From: a virus
Direction: 5' to 3' (one strand)
Virus record (IMG/VR): IMGVR_UViG_3300032893_000001
Location: 120,954-184,953 of that record
DNA: 64,000 nt
Translations under genes and position numbers: made by a program
Notes under the pieces: model-generated
The model's input: only the letters and a program-made list of their open reading frames with translations
The model's database searches: none
Told to the model about the DNA's origin: nothing
Shown: positions 8,656 to 16,963 of the stretch, piece by piece
How the letters are laid out: the number at the start of each line of letters is the position of its first letter
How positions within the stretch are numbered: the stretch's first letter is position 1

Positions 8656-9207
8656 TCACTCCTCGGCGAGGAGCTGGAGGAATTCTTGTCGATGCTCCTT
8701 CGGAACCTTCGACATGCTCTGCTTGAGGTCCATGAAGAGCCGGAAGGCCGTCTTGAACCCGAGGCGGGACGGAGCCTTCAAGCTGCTCGAGGAGTCCAAC
8801 TTGACGAGCTTCTTCGTCTCGCCGTCGAGCTCCTTGAAGACCTTCACCAAACGCGGCTGCACACGGACTGCTTGGGCGCCGTTGATGATACGGTTGTACG
8901 TCGAGCTCGAGATGCCGAAGAGCTTCTGCAACTGCGCCGCGGACGCTCCAGGCTCCGCGGCCATGGCGCGGAAGCGCGCGCACACGTCGTTGCTCGTGCC
9001 TGCTTCGACCTTGAACGAAATGCCGAGCTTCTCGAAGTGCGCCAGCGTCTTGTTCCAACGCTCCTCGTCGATCGTATCTCGGCTCTTGCAGTAGTACGTC
9101 GATGCGAAGCCGAGATCGACGGCGAGTTGCGTCCTGCTGATCTTTGCTTGCGAGCAAGCCTTGACCAACCAATCAGCCATCTGCTTTGTGAACGTAATCG
9201 TCTTCAT
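8656..9207 (-). CDS. helix-turn-helix DNA-binding protein (two XRE-like HTH)
   Basis: ISRTQLAVDLGF and SAAQLQKLFGISSSTYNRIING. Confidence 0.65.
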   Translation of the reverse strand: MKTITFTKQMADWLVKACSQAKISRTQLAVDLGFASTYYCKSRDTIDEERWNKTLAHFEKLGISFKVEAGTSNDVCARFRAMAAEPGASAAQLQKLFGISSSTYNRIINGAQAVRVQPRLVKVFKELDGETKKLVKLDSSSSLKAPSRLGFKTAFRLFMDLKQSMSKVPKEHRQEFLQLLAEE

Positions 9208-10013
9208 GGAGAAACCTCCTCGTAGTTCTTATCCCCTCGAGCAAGCCGTCTTTGCATGGACAGCAGCGTAAGCTCCTCGAGTAGATCGCTCTCCGTCAGG
9301 CAGCCAACGGCCAGGCAACGTGACGGAAGGCACGTCTTTCCCGTCGTGCCGACGATGATCGACATCGAGCTGTTCGAGTGCTTCTGTTGCGCAGTCGCAC
9401 CGATCGCGCGGTACGCCAAGAAGCGCAGTGCCTGAAGAGGGTGCACCGCGCGGTTCTGCACTTGGGTGAACCCAGCCATCGCGCGGCTGATCGGCTTCTC
9501 ATGCCCCTTGATCGAGCTCAGACCGAGACCGCTCTGAATCTTCTCCATGCGACAGAGCAGGCTTCGATCCTTTTCTCGTGATGCGAAGAGCGTGATCGAG
9601 AAGGCGTAGGGAGGAACAGCGGTGTTGAGAGCACCCACGGCCTTCTCGACAGTCTTCGTGGACAGCGTGTTGCAGAAGTCCAGATTGAGCGTGCCGATTG
9701 GCCTCGACGCCCGCTTCAGGTTTCGCACGACGTCAACGACGTCGGCGTTTCGAACGTCCACCTTCGGGAACTGCTGTCGCAGACGCTCGCAGTCCTCCGT
9801 TGAGTACTCCGCGGCAACGATGTGTTGCGACGGAACACCGAGAGACAACAGCAACTCGATGTCTCCGCCTGCTCCACCGAGCACGACGTGCGTCTCCTTC
9901 AAGAATCGACGAAGGCCGACCGCCTGTAGAAATGTCGCGTACGTCAGAAGCCGCGCGACGCGCTTCTCTGGTCGATCTCCGGGGAAGACCCCCTCGGGAT
10001 AGGTTTTGGGCAT
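9204..10013 (-). CDS. putative SAM-dependent methyltransferase-fold protein
   Basis: VVLGGAGGD, IVAAE, NADV, LNLDFC match order of class I MTase motifs; start at 10013 after GGAGG and promoter 10032-10060. Confidence 0.5.
   Translation of the reverse strand: MPKTYPEGVFPGDRPEKRVARLLTYATFLQAVGLRRFLKETHVVLGGAGGDIELLLSLGVPSQHIVAAEYSTEDCERLRQQFPKVDVRNADVVDVVRNLKRASRPIGTLNLDFCNTLSTKTVEKAVGALNTAVPPYAFSITLFASREKDRSLLCRMEKIQSGLGLSSIKGHEKPISRAMAGFTQVQNRAVHPLQALRFLAYRAIGATAQQKHSNSSMSIIVGTTGKTCLPSRCLAVGCLTESDLLEELTLLSMQRRLARGDKNYEEVSP
9227..9255 (-). promoter_or_regulatory. promoter GCAA-N19-ATAAGA
   Basis: tcttat 9227-9232, ttgc 9252-9255, just upstream of HTH gene. Confidence 0.75.
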
Positions 10014-10042
10014 GTACGCCTCCTTCAAGGGTCTTATCCCTC

Positions 10043-10306
10043 TCAGCCGAGGCGTTTTGACAACGTCCTTCCGCACTTCGCACAGAAGATGCGTCCCTTG
10101 TACCTCGCTCGAACTACGTGCGGACAGGCAAGAAGCTTGTCCTCGAGGTCTTTCTTACTTCGCGCGCGCATCGTGACGTAGCTCTCGTACGTCCACGTGG
10201 CCCCGCGCAGAATGACGAAAGGAGAAACGACCTCGACAACCACTCCCCATCGAGCTTCACCCTGCGGCGTTACGAACACGATCGCAGCGTCTCTCTTCAG
10301 ATTCAC
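10043..10306 (-). CDS. hypothetical protein
   Basis: 87 aa, CPH...CAKCG. Confidence 0.6.
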   Translation of the reverse strand: MNLKRDAAIVFVTPQGEARWGVVVEVVSPFVILRGATWTYESYVTMRARSKKDLEDKLLACPHVVRARYKGRIFCAKCGRTLSKRLG

Positions 10307-10318
10307 TTGTCTCCTGAA

Positions 10319-10355
10319 GGCTAAGAAGAAGGGCGCCTCGAGGGCGCCCTGTCTT
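10319..10355 (-). terminator. hairpin terminator with TTAGCC tail
   Basis: AGGGCGCC-CTCGA-GGCGCCCT then TCTTCTTAGCC. Confidence 0.75.
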
Positions 10356-10684
10356 CAGTGATCGTGGTGGTGCCCCTCGTGCTTGTGCGTCTTCTCGCGC
10401 GACATGGCGCGCACCGCGTCTTTGAAGGCAGCGCGCGTGATGCGCCCCTGACGGTAGCGCCGCCAGAGATTCTTCTCCTTCTTGTTGTCGAAGAGCGGCA
10501 TCATGCGCATCTGCTGGAACATCGCCTTCGCCCAGCCCTCGGGAGCCCTTCGCCCCACGTTGGCCGCCTGGATCATTCGGCCCCGAGCACGCGACTTGGT
10601 GCCGTACCGCTCGATTCGGCGCTGCTGCGAGCGCAAGAAGCGCTCCGCGAGAATGGCGCGATAGTCGTCGACGAGCTTACCCAT
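10355..10684 (-). CDS. basic hypothetical protein
   Basis: MGKLVDDY..., AAGGAGGAG RBS, His-rich C-terminus. Confidence 0.7.
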   Translation of the reverse strand: MGKLVDDYRAILAERFLRSQQRRIERYGTKSRARGRMIQAANVGRRAPEGWAKAMFQQMRMMPLFDNKKEKNLWRRYRQGRITRAAFKDAVRAMSREKTHKHEGHHHDH

Positions 10685-11138
10685 TGATCTCCTCCTTGAG
10701 CTCGGGGACATCGACTTCGTCCCCGTTCAGTTGATACAGTTTGATGCCGAGTCGCTCGGCCGTTTCGAAGATCCGCTTGTCGCGGTAGAACTCCTCGAAG
10801 ACGATGATGCGAACACCAGCGTTCACTACCGCCTTGAAGCACGGCCAGCAAGGGCTGGCGGTGACGTAGAGCGTGGAGCCGTTGATGGCCGTGCCATTCT
10901 TGGCAGCTTGTACGAGAGCGTTCACCTCGGCGTGGATGGTACGCACGCAGTGGTTGTTCTCCATCATGCAGCCGACCTCCTCGCAGTGAGGCAAGCCGCG
11001 CACGCTGCCGTTGTAGCCGGTGGAGACGATCGTCTTGTCGAGAACGAGGACGGCGCCCACGCTCTTTCGAGGGCAGGTCGCACGCGTCGCGACCTGACGG
11101 GCTATGTCGAGGAAATACCTGTGCCAGCTTGAGCGCAT
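10677..11138 (-). CDS. dCMP deaminase (ComEB/cytidine deaminase family)
   Basis: W.RYFLDIA..VA.RATC.R..VGAV, GYNG, HAEVNA, PCWPC zinc motifs. Confidence 0.92.
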   Translation of the reverse strand: MRSSWHRYFLDIARQVATRATCPRKSVGAVLVLDKTIVSTGYNGSVRGLPHCEEVGCMMENNHCVRTIHAEVNALVQAAKNGTAINGSTLYVTASPCWPCFKAVVNAGVRIIVFEEFYRDKRIFETAERLGIKLYQLNGDEVDVPELKEEING

Positions 11139-11245
11139 GTACGACTCCTTCCATTGAGGATGTTGCAAATCTGCCAGTAAGAAACGCTGAACTTCTTTGC
11201 GATATGTTTTCGCGGAACGCCCTGTTGAGCGAGTGCTCGAAATCA
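11102..11245 (-). pseudogene. HTH relic resembling the C-terminal domain of HNH homing endonucleases
   Basis: frame after TGA at 11243 reads FRALAQQGVPRKHIAKKFSVSYWQICNILNGRS. Confidence 0.5.
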
Positions 11246-11476
11246 GGGAACCTCCGTCGCTTTCATCTTGGCTGCCTCGGCCAAGAGCTGCTCCTGGAGC
11301 TCTTTCGGCATCAGTGCCTTGAGCGTCATGAGCGTCGAGCTGTCGGGTAGAAACAGGTCGTACGAGTACACCTGCACCTCGCCGCCGCGGCGGTCGAGGT
11401 GCGGTGACGGGGGATGCGTCGAAACGTACGGACGGTCACCTTTTGGATCGACGGTGACGTACACGGTGAGTGTCAT
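11243..11476 (-). CDS. hypothetical protein
   Basis: 77 aa with AAGGAG RBS. Confidence 0.65.
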   Translation of the reverse strand: MTLTVYVTVDPKGDRPYVSTHPPSPHLDRRGGEVQVYSYDLFLPDSSTLMTLKALMPKELQEQLLAEAAKMKATEVP

Positions 11477-11708
11477 TCGGTTGCTCCTTCCTGATGATCG
11501 TGGCTCCCTCGGGCACCGACTCGACGCTCGACAAGCTCACGGCAGAAGGCGAGAGCTCGAGCAGCAACTTCTCTCGGAGCCAACTCAGAACGAGCTGGCG
11601 CCCGCTGTACCACGTGCCGTGCTCCACGATGAAGACGCGTGTAGGTTGTCGCGAGTCGATCGGTTGCCCATCCTTGCGCTCGACTCGCCAGAGATTCTGT
11701 TCGCCCAT
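11436..11708 (-). CDS. hypothetical protein
   Basis: 90 aa with AAGGAG RBS; overlaps tail of upstream ORF. Confidence 0.55.
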   Translation of the reverse strand: MGEQNLWRVERKDGQPIDSRQPTRVFIVEHGTWYSGRQLVLSWLREKLLLELSPSAVSLSSVESVPEGATIIRKEQPNDTHRVRHRRSKR

Positions 11709-12021
11709 TCGTTCGTCGCTCCTTCTCCTTCACGAGCGCCTCGTAGTGGGGGCGCACGAAGAGAGCTTCGAAGCTTACACGATCTGCGATCGCAGCCACT
11801 TCTTGCTCCCAAAGCATCTGCGCCATCTCGCCGTTCGGGGGAGGTCCCCAGAGGTAGAAGGCTTCCGTGTCCGCTACCTCGACGCCGGGGTAGCGACGCT
11901 CGAGCATGCGGATGATGTTGTCGAGATGCCTGTCGTTCAGGTCCCTCAACGCGATGATGCGGCCATCTTTCGTCTGCCAAACCCGCAGCGAAAGCTCGTC
12001 CAGAGCCTGGAAGATGTTCAT
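11473..12021 (-). CDS. hypothetical phage protein
   Basis: WQTKDGRIIALRDLNDRHLDNIIRML motif; GGAGG RBS before ATG 12021. Confidence 0.7.
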   Translation of the reverse strand: MNIFQALDELSLRVWQTKDGRIIALRDLNDRHLDNIIRMLERRYPGVEVADTEAFYLWGPPPNGEMAQMLWEQEVAAIADRVSFEALFVRPHYEALVKEKERRTNGRTESLASRAQGWATDRLATTYTRLHRGARHVVQRAPARSELAPREVAARALAFCRELVERRVGARGSHDHQEGATE

Positions 12022-12036
12022 GAGCCTCCCGAAGAG

Positions 12037-12078
12037 AAAAAAAGTACCCCCCGAAAAGACGCGCTCTTCGGGGGGTAT
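12037..12078 (-). terminator. intrinsic terminator
   Basis: TACCCCCCGAAGAG...CTTTTCGGGGGGTA stem followed by T7. Confidence 0.75.
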
Positions 12079-12169
12079 CCGAGTCAAAAATGCGGCACCC
12101 GAAGACGGTGGTCTTGGGGAGGTCTTCCGACCTTTTTACGCCGGACCGATCCTGGATTCGTTCAACAGC

Positions 12170-12469
12170 CTACGTTTTGCAGTACTTTTCTGCGGCATTT
12201 CGCAGGCGAACTGCGTCTGCCTTCGGAAGCACTTCGACGATCCCACGCCGTGGATGAGATGCGGTCGCGGTGCAGTCTCGCTCTTTGCCCTCGGTGATCG
12301 TGCACACGAGTACGAACCAGTCCGCGTTGCCTCCCTCGTAGACGGCGACTTGTCCGTTGCGCTCGAGGTCGTGGTCGAAATGAGCAAGATTCCAGCTACG
12401 CGCGCAGAGCTCGTCAACCGTTTTGCTGTCCATCCGCTTCCTCCGTGCAGTCTTCGCAGAGCGTGACAC
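12170..12469 (-). CDS. hypothetical protein
   Basis: ORF; true start may be ATG at 12433. Confidence 0.55.
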   Translation of the reverse strand: MSRSAKTARRKRMDSKTVDELCARSWNLAHFDHDLERNGQVAVYEGGNADWFVLVCTITEGKERDCTATASHPRRGIVEVLPKADAVRLRNAAEKYCKT

Positions 12470-13070
12470 CGTCGATCACCTCGGCTGTCATCAGGTTGCA
12501 CAAGCACTTCTCGCAGGTGTTCTTGAACACGACCGCCCTCGTGTAGTCGGGATGCCAACTCTCGATACGCTGCTTCGCAGCCCACTCGTCGAGGAAGTTC
12601 TGAAGGATCTCGTACTCCTTGTCCGAGATGTTATCTCGCGCGTCCTCGTAGTGATTCGAAAGTGCTTGCTCGAGGACGTTGCTCGCGTCGATCTTGAACT
12701 CTTCTGGTGTGCACGCCCAGATGTACGACGGAGCCAAGTCATCGAAGTCTTCGAGGAACTCTTCGACGGACGCGCTGAACGTGTCGTTGAGGGGACAGTA
12801 GACGTACCCGTCGTAGTCCTTCCAATCGACCTTCGTCGCCTTCTCGAAGCGATTCTGCTCCTCGAGCGATTCCCTCTTGCCTCGACAAGATGCGCAGGCG
12901 AGCCACCCGCTGTTGCGCATCTCCTTATTGCAGTCTTCGCAGATACGAACGCAGTGGGTACGCGCGAAGCTCTCGTTCTCGATGCCCTGCACGATTGCTT
13001 TGCATTCTGGACAAGCCCAGCCGATCTGCTCCCCGTCCATCATCACCGGATGCGGGTTGGGTTGCGTCAT
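12414..13070 (-). CDS. Cys-rich hypothetical protein
   Basis: multiple CxxC pairs, 218 aa. Confidence 0.75.
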   Translation of the reverse strand: MTQPNPHPVMMDGEQIGWACPECKAIVQGIENESFARTHCVRICEDCNKEMRNSGWLACASCRGKRESLEEQNRFEKATKVDWKDYDGYVYCPLNDTFSASVEEFLEDFDDLAPSYIWACTPEEFKIDASNVLEQALSNHYEDARDNISDKEYEILQNFLDEWAAKQRIESWHPDYTRAVVFKNTCEKCLCNLMTAEVIDGVTLCEDCTEEADGQQNG

Positions 13071-13717
13071 TTCATTCCTCCCTTCGGGATGTTCTCGTTC
13101 CTCGTGTCGGGCTCTTCTTCGTCGAAGTCATCCTCGACGCTCCTGGATAGAAGCTTGGGTTGATGCGCCTCCAACGGCTTGCCTGGAACGGCGTGCTGAA
13201 GGCGCGCGAGATTCTTCTGCACGCGCTCGTACTCGACAGCCAGGTTCTGAACCTTGCCTGAGTGAAGCGCTCGCATGGTCGCTCCGAGCAGCCCCATCTC
13301 CGGAGAGGCAGCCTCAATGATTTCATCCGAGCATGCGGACATGAACCAAAGCTCGGACTTGTCGAAGGTCGGGGGGTACGCGACGACCGTGTACTTCCCT
13401 TTGGCGTGCGCGTAGCCCATCTCGTAGATGGTCGCGTAGCACGTGGGGTCGTCTACCCAGGCGTAGACCAGATCGGAGTCGTCGATCGCCTTGAGGCAAA
13501 GACGATGCACCTTCACTGGAGCAGCATCGGGGTCTGCCGCCGTCTTGTCGATCTTCTTGAAGTAGGGGCCGGTGTAGCTGTGGATGGTGTAAATGCTTCC
13601 ATCCATGACGGGCCAACCCTGAGACAGGTCGAGCCCCTCGAGGCGTTCCTTCAAACCACGAACGATCAGATGTCGCCAGTCAACGCTGGCTATCTTCCCT
13701 GCCAGATAGATTCTCAA
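13067..13717 (-). CDS. nucleoside 2-deoxyribosyltransferase / nucleotide N-hydrolase family protein
   Basis: IYLAG N-terminus, AIDDSDLVYA, TIYEMGYAHAKGK catalytic Glu motif. Confidence 0.8.
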   Translation of the reverse strand: MRIYLAGKIASVDWRHLIVRGLKERLEGLDLSQGWPVMDGSIYTIHSYTGPYFKKIDKTAADPDAAPVKVHRLCLKAIDDSDLVYAWVDDPTCYATIYEMGYAHAKGKYTVVAYPPTFDKSELWFMSACSDEIIEAASPEMGLLGATMRALHSGKVQNLAVEYERVQKNLARLQHAVPGKPLEAHQPKLLSRSVEDDFDEEEPDTRNENIPKGGMK

Positions 13718-13741
13718 TTTCTTACCTGCTATGCTGAGGGC

Positions 13742-14266
13742 ATGGTTGGACTATGCCGAGTTCGTGGTTGCGTCAAGCCTGCCTGGTGCAAGGCCAAGTG
13801 CAGGAACCACTATATGCTCACGTACAAGAGGCAGTGGCGGAAGGAGAACCGTGAAAAAGAGCACGGGTACAACCGGAGCTACTACGCACGTCATGCCGAA
13901 CAGCGAAGGGCTGACGCCCGGAAGCGTCATAGCGCCAATCGCCAGCGTCTCAATGAGGCATGTCGCGTACGGAACAAAAAGAAGTACCGTGAAGACCCTC
14001 TTCGCTTCCGCGCAGCACACCTGCGTAGCAAGTACGGACTGACCCCCGAAGAGTACAAGCAGATGGTCAAGAAGCAGGGAGACCGCTGCGCCATCTGCAA
14101 GAAGCCCAGCAAGAGCCAAGGAAAACGCCTCGCTATTGACCACTGTCACAGGACGAACAGGGTACGCGCCCTTCTATGTCACCGCTGCAATCTAGCCCTC
14201 GGCCATCTTCAAGACAGTCCCATCATCCTCAAGGCAGCCCTGGCCTATTTGCGGAAACACGCTTGA
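13742..14266 (+). CDS. endonuclease VII-domain (HNH-like) free-standing homing endonuclease
   Basis: YGLTPEEY..M...Q...CAIC, LAIDHCH..RVRALLCHRCNLALG; opposite strand to neighbours. Confidence 0.9.
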   Translation: MVGLCRVRGCVKPAWCKAKCRNHYMLTYKRQWRKENREKEHGYNRSYYARHAEQRRADARKRHSANRQRLNEACRVRNKKKYREDPLRFRAAHLRSKYGLTPEEYKQMVKKQGDRCAICKKPSKSQGKRLAIDHCHRTNRVRALLCHRCNLALGHLQDSPIILKAALAYLRKHA

Positions 14267-14921
14267 CCATGGTGGCGATGGGCTCGTAAGAAACTCGATG
14301 GATCTCGCACGGTCCGTGCTTTTTTAGTGCCTCGATGTGCTCCGGCGTGACGTACCCCGCATGCTTGTCGAAGCCGTAGACGGGCCACTCCTCGTGCTGC
14401 CGGGTCATCCACCAGTCCCGTTCGACCTTCGCCATGATGCTGGCGGCGGAGACCGCAGGCACCTTCGCGTCTGCGCCTGGGACAGCGAAGTGCGGGAAGG
14501 GAATCTTGGCGTTCCCATCGAGAATGACCAAGACCCGTGCCGCATCGAGCTTCATGCCGAGCACGACCTGTCGAACAGCCTCCCAGTACAAGCCGTTCAA
14601 GACAGCGATCTTACCCTCGTTGTCGATGCGCTTGTTACTAGCCATGCGCACGCAGAAGCCCGTGCAGGGCTCTACGAGAAGCTGTCCGTACACCTGCTCG
14701 CGCTTGCTGCGCTCCTTGAACTTCTTCGAGTCCTTCACGCCCGCGCGAGTCCACTCCAGCGGACAAACGAAGGCCCCAACGGCATAGGGTCCGGCGATGG
14801 CGCCGTAGCCGACCTCGTCGGCTCCTATGATCCATTGGGGCCTCTTGTCGTGGATGAACCGCACCGCGCCTGTTGGAAGCCCCCACTGATCGATGAGGGC
14901 CGCGAGGTGCGTCAGGTTCAT
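14229..14921 (-). CDS. rnhB: ribonuclease HII
   Basis: GADEVGYGAIAGP, DSKK, LDG, VSAASIMAKVERD, YGFDKHAGY, HRVSY. Confidence 0.93.
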   Translation of the reverse strand: MNLTHLAALIDQWGLPTGAVRFIHDKRPQWIIGADEVGYGAIAGPYAVGAFVCPLEWTRAGVKDSKKFKERSKREQVYGQLLVEPCTGFCVRMASNKRIDNEGKIAVLNGLYWEAVRQVVLGMKLDAARVLVILDGNAKIPFPHFAVPGADAKVPAVSAASIMAKVERDWWMTRQHEEWPVYGFDKHAGYVTPEHIEALKKHGPCEIHRVSYEPIATMVKRVSANRPGLP

Positions 14922-15160
14922 GCCACCATCGGCGCCGTGATACGGCGGACGCTCGTCGGCCGACGCTCGTCCATCACGTCTGCGCCATCCGGAAGCTCAT
15001 CGTCGAAGAGAGTGAGCATGACGGTGTCGACGGGGACCTCGAGGTACCCCGCGACCACCCTGCGCGCGTTGAACCAGGTCGAAGCCTCGATGAACAGCGG
15101 GGCCTTCGGCTTGACGCCTCCGTCGGAAGCGGTGTGGAAGCTAATGAGTTTGAACAACAT
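14918..15160 (-). CDS. hypothetical protein
   Basis: 80 aa, AAGGAGG RBS. Confidence 0.65.
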   Translation of the reverse strand: MLFKLISFHTASDGGVKPKAPLFIEASTWFNARRVVAGYLEVPVDTVMLTLFDDELPDGADVMDERRPTSVRRITAPMVA

Positions 15161-15219
15161 GGGGACCTCCTTTCCACCATCGGTTACAACAGCTTACGGC
15201 TGTCGTACCGTCAGGTTAG

Positions 15220-15430
15220 ATGAAAACGAAAACGTGCCGGACCTGCAAAAAGCGAAAGTCGACCGAACCCGTCGTGCAGCCAGACTACGGGAGCACTACA
15301 ACCTGACACTAGACGAGTACAACCGACGTGTGGAGGCGCAGAAAGGTCGGTGCGCCATTTGTGGAGAGCTGCTTGAGTGATAGCCCCCAACGAGCACGTC
15401 GTGTTGCCGACTACTTGGAGGGGGCTTTGT
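15220..15430 (+). pseudogene. degenerate endonuclease VII homing endonuclease
   Basis: MKTKTCRTCKKRK in one frame, HYNLTLDEYNRRVEAQKGRCAICG in another, then ..VADYLE; DH/CN core missing. Confidence 0.7.
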
Positions 15431-15432
15431 AG

Positions 15433-16077
15433 TCAAATGCGTTTGCCCCCATGGCGGTAGGCTCGCGTTTTGTTGTACGCCTCTTTCTCCTTGATGGCGC
15501 TCTCGATGTCGATCTTGTGCACCTGGCAGAACGTGAAGACGTAGTTGAGCGCGTCTGCAAGAGAATCGAGGCCCAGCCTCCCCGACTTCTCGAAAGATCG
15601 CAGCGACTGCACTGCGCACCGCGTGAGAATGAAGAGCAAGCGATCGAAGCCGGCGATCTCGGGGGCGTCCTCGGGGATCTTGACGGCTTCGTACCATTTG
15701 TAGAGCTCCTCTGCGACTCCCTCGGTTCCGCAGTGCTGGCAGATCCGGATGACCAGATCGGCGAGCTCGATAGGAATCCCGCAGGGCTTGGCTGAAAGGA
15801 GGGTGAGCTCCTTGTTCTCCTTGAGCTTGGCTAGCTCTTCGGGCGTGACGATCGAGGTGCCTTTGATCGAGCCTGCCAAGTCGCCGTAGGCTTCGAACTT
15901 CACTTCGTAGTAGACCTCGTCCAGCCGCCGGTTGTTGCGGTAGTCCTCGAGAGCCTCGGAGATCTCCGAGACGAAGAGATTGATGGTGTCTGCATTCGAG
16001 CGCTTCGGGCCGTCCTGCCAGCCGGCGGCCTTGGAGATCTGGTGCGAGGTCTGGCAAAGTTCACGGATGTCGATCAT
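15433..16077 (-). CDS. MazG-like NTP pyrophosphohydrolase
   Basis: SEISEALEDYR, IELADLVIRI, IESAIKEKEAYNKTR.YRHGGK. Confidence 0.82.
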   Translation of the reverse strand: MIDIRELCQTSHQISKAAGWQDGPKRSNADTINLFVSEISEALEDYRNNRRLDEVYYEVKFEAYGDLAGSIKGTSIVTPEELAKLKENKELTLLSAKPCGIPIELADLVIRICQHCGTEGVAEELYKWYEAVKIPEDAPEIAGFDRLLFILTRCAVQSLRSFEKSGRLGLDSLADALNYVFTFCQVHKIDIESAIKEKEAYNKTRAYRHGGKRI

Positions 16078-16429
16078 GCGATTTCCTCTTCGAGAGAATC
16101 TTGCGGACCACTTCTGGGGAGAGACCCCGCCAGTAGCCCACGACTTTGAGATCTTCCGCCGAGACGAGCACGGAGGAATCCTCGGGTGTTTGCCGCACGT
16201 GCAGCGTCCCATCCGGCTCGTAGCCCACGACGATGCCGACGGTGAAGACGTAGGGCACCTCGAGCGGCCGACGGCCCTGAACGAGGCAAAGCGGCGGGAA
16301 CTGCTGAAGTAGCGCGTGCTGCGCCGGCGGGAGGCTGTGAAGCCATTCGCGGCACGTACGTGCCTCTTGCGGCGAAGCGACCTTGCTCACCCACTCGCTG
16401 ACCCAGCTCTGATCGATGACGTCGACCAT
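16061..16429 (-). CDS. hypothetical protein
   Basis: 122 aa with RBS. Confidence 0.65.
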   Translation of the reverse strand: MVDVIDQSWVSEWVSKVASPQEARTCREWLHSLPPAQHALLQQFPPLCLVQGRRPLEVPYVFTVGIVVGYEPDGTLHVRQTPEDSSVLVSAEDLKVVGYWRGLSPEVVRKILSKRKSHDRHP

Positions 16430-16431
16430 GG

Positions 16432-16623
16432 CTACACCCCCTCCTTCTCGAGAGCGGCATGCAGCAGCTCTTGAATCGCCATCGAGCGATTGAAGGAGAC
16501 GGAGTTGTGCGTCTGCTGGCGCTTCGCGCTCACGAACGCGTCGACGCGCGTGATCAACGGCTCGGGAAGCCGTAGTGAAATGAGCTTGGTCGTCGCCTTC
16601 GATATCGTCTTGGTCTTCGCCAT
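16432..16623 (-). CDS. ribbon-helix-helix DNA-binding protein
   Basis: ISLRLPEPLITRVDAF...NRSMAIQELL. Confidence 0.75.
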   Translation of the reverse strand: MAKTKTISKATTKLISLRLPEPLITRVDAFVSAKRQQTHNSVSFNRSMAIQELLHAALEKEGV

Positions 16624-16624
16624 G

Positions 16625-16647
16625 TCTCTGTTGTAATACAACAGAGA
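16625..16647. promoter_or_regulatory. perfect 11-1-11 palindrome, putative operator
   Basis: TCTCTGTTGTA-A-TACAACAGAGA immediately upstream of RHH start codon. Confidence 0.7.
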
Positions 16648-16654
16648 GCGAACA

Positions 16655-16963
16655 TCAAGGCGATGTATTCACGTCCTTGCTCTCGTCGGGAGGCAAGAAC
16701 GCGTCGGGCGGAAGCTGCTTGATCTTCTGCGCCGCGTTGACGATGTCCTGCTCGACCTTTTTGATGCGGTCGATGTAATTCGGGCGGGTGGGTGTACCCT
16801 TGCCGGAGAGACGCTGGATCTGCTGAGCAGCCAAGTCCTCGAACGTCACCGCCAGGAAGCTTTGGACGCTCTCCTGCCCCCGCACGTACGCATACGCGTT
16901 GTTGACCGCGACGCGAAGCTGAAGCGACAGATCGTCATTGAGCGGGGTGTTGGCCATGGTCAA
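16655..16963 (-). CDS. hypothetical protein
   Basis: 102 aa, coupled. Confidence 0.65.
   Translation of the reverse strand: MTMANTPLNDDLSLQLRVAVNNAYAYVRGQESVQSFLAVTFEDLAAQQIQRLSGKGTPTRPNYIDRIKKVEQDIVNAAQKIKQLPPDAFLPPDESKDVNTSP

Noticed and set aside
13262-13741. N-terminal extension of the endonuclease VII ORF
   Set aside because: Antisense to the deoxyribosyltransferase gene; start at 13742 has its own -10 element
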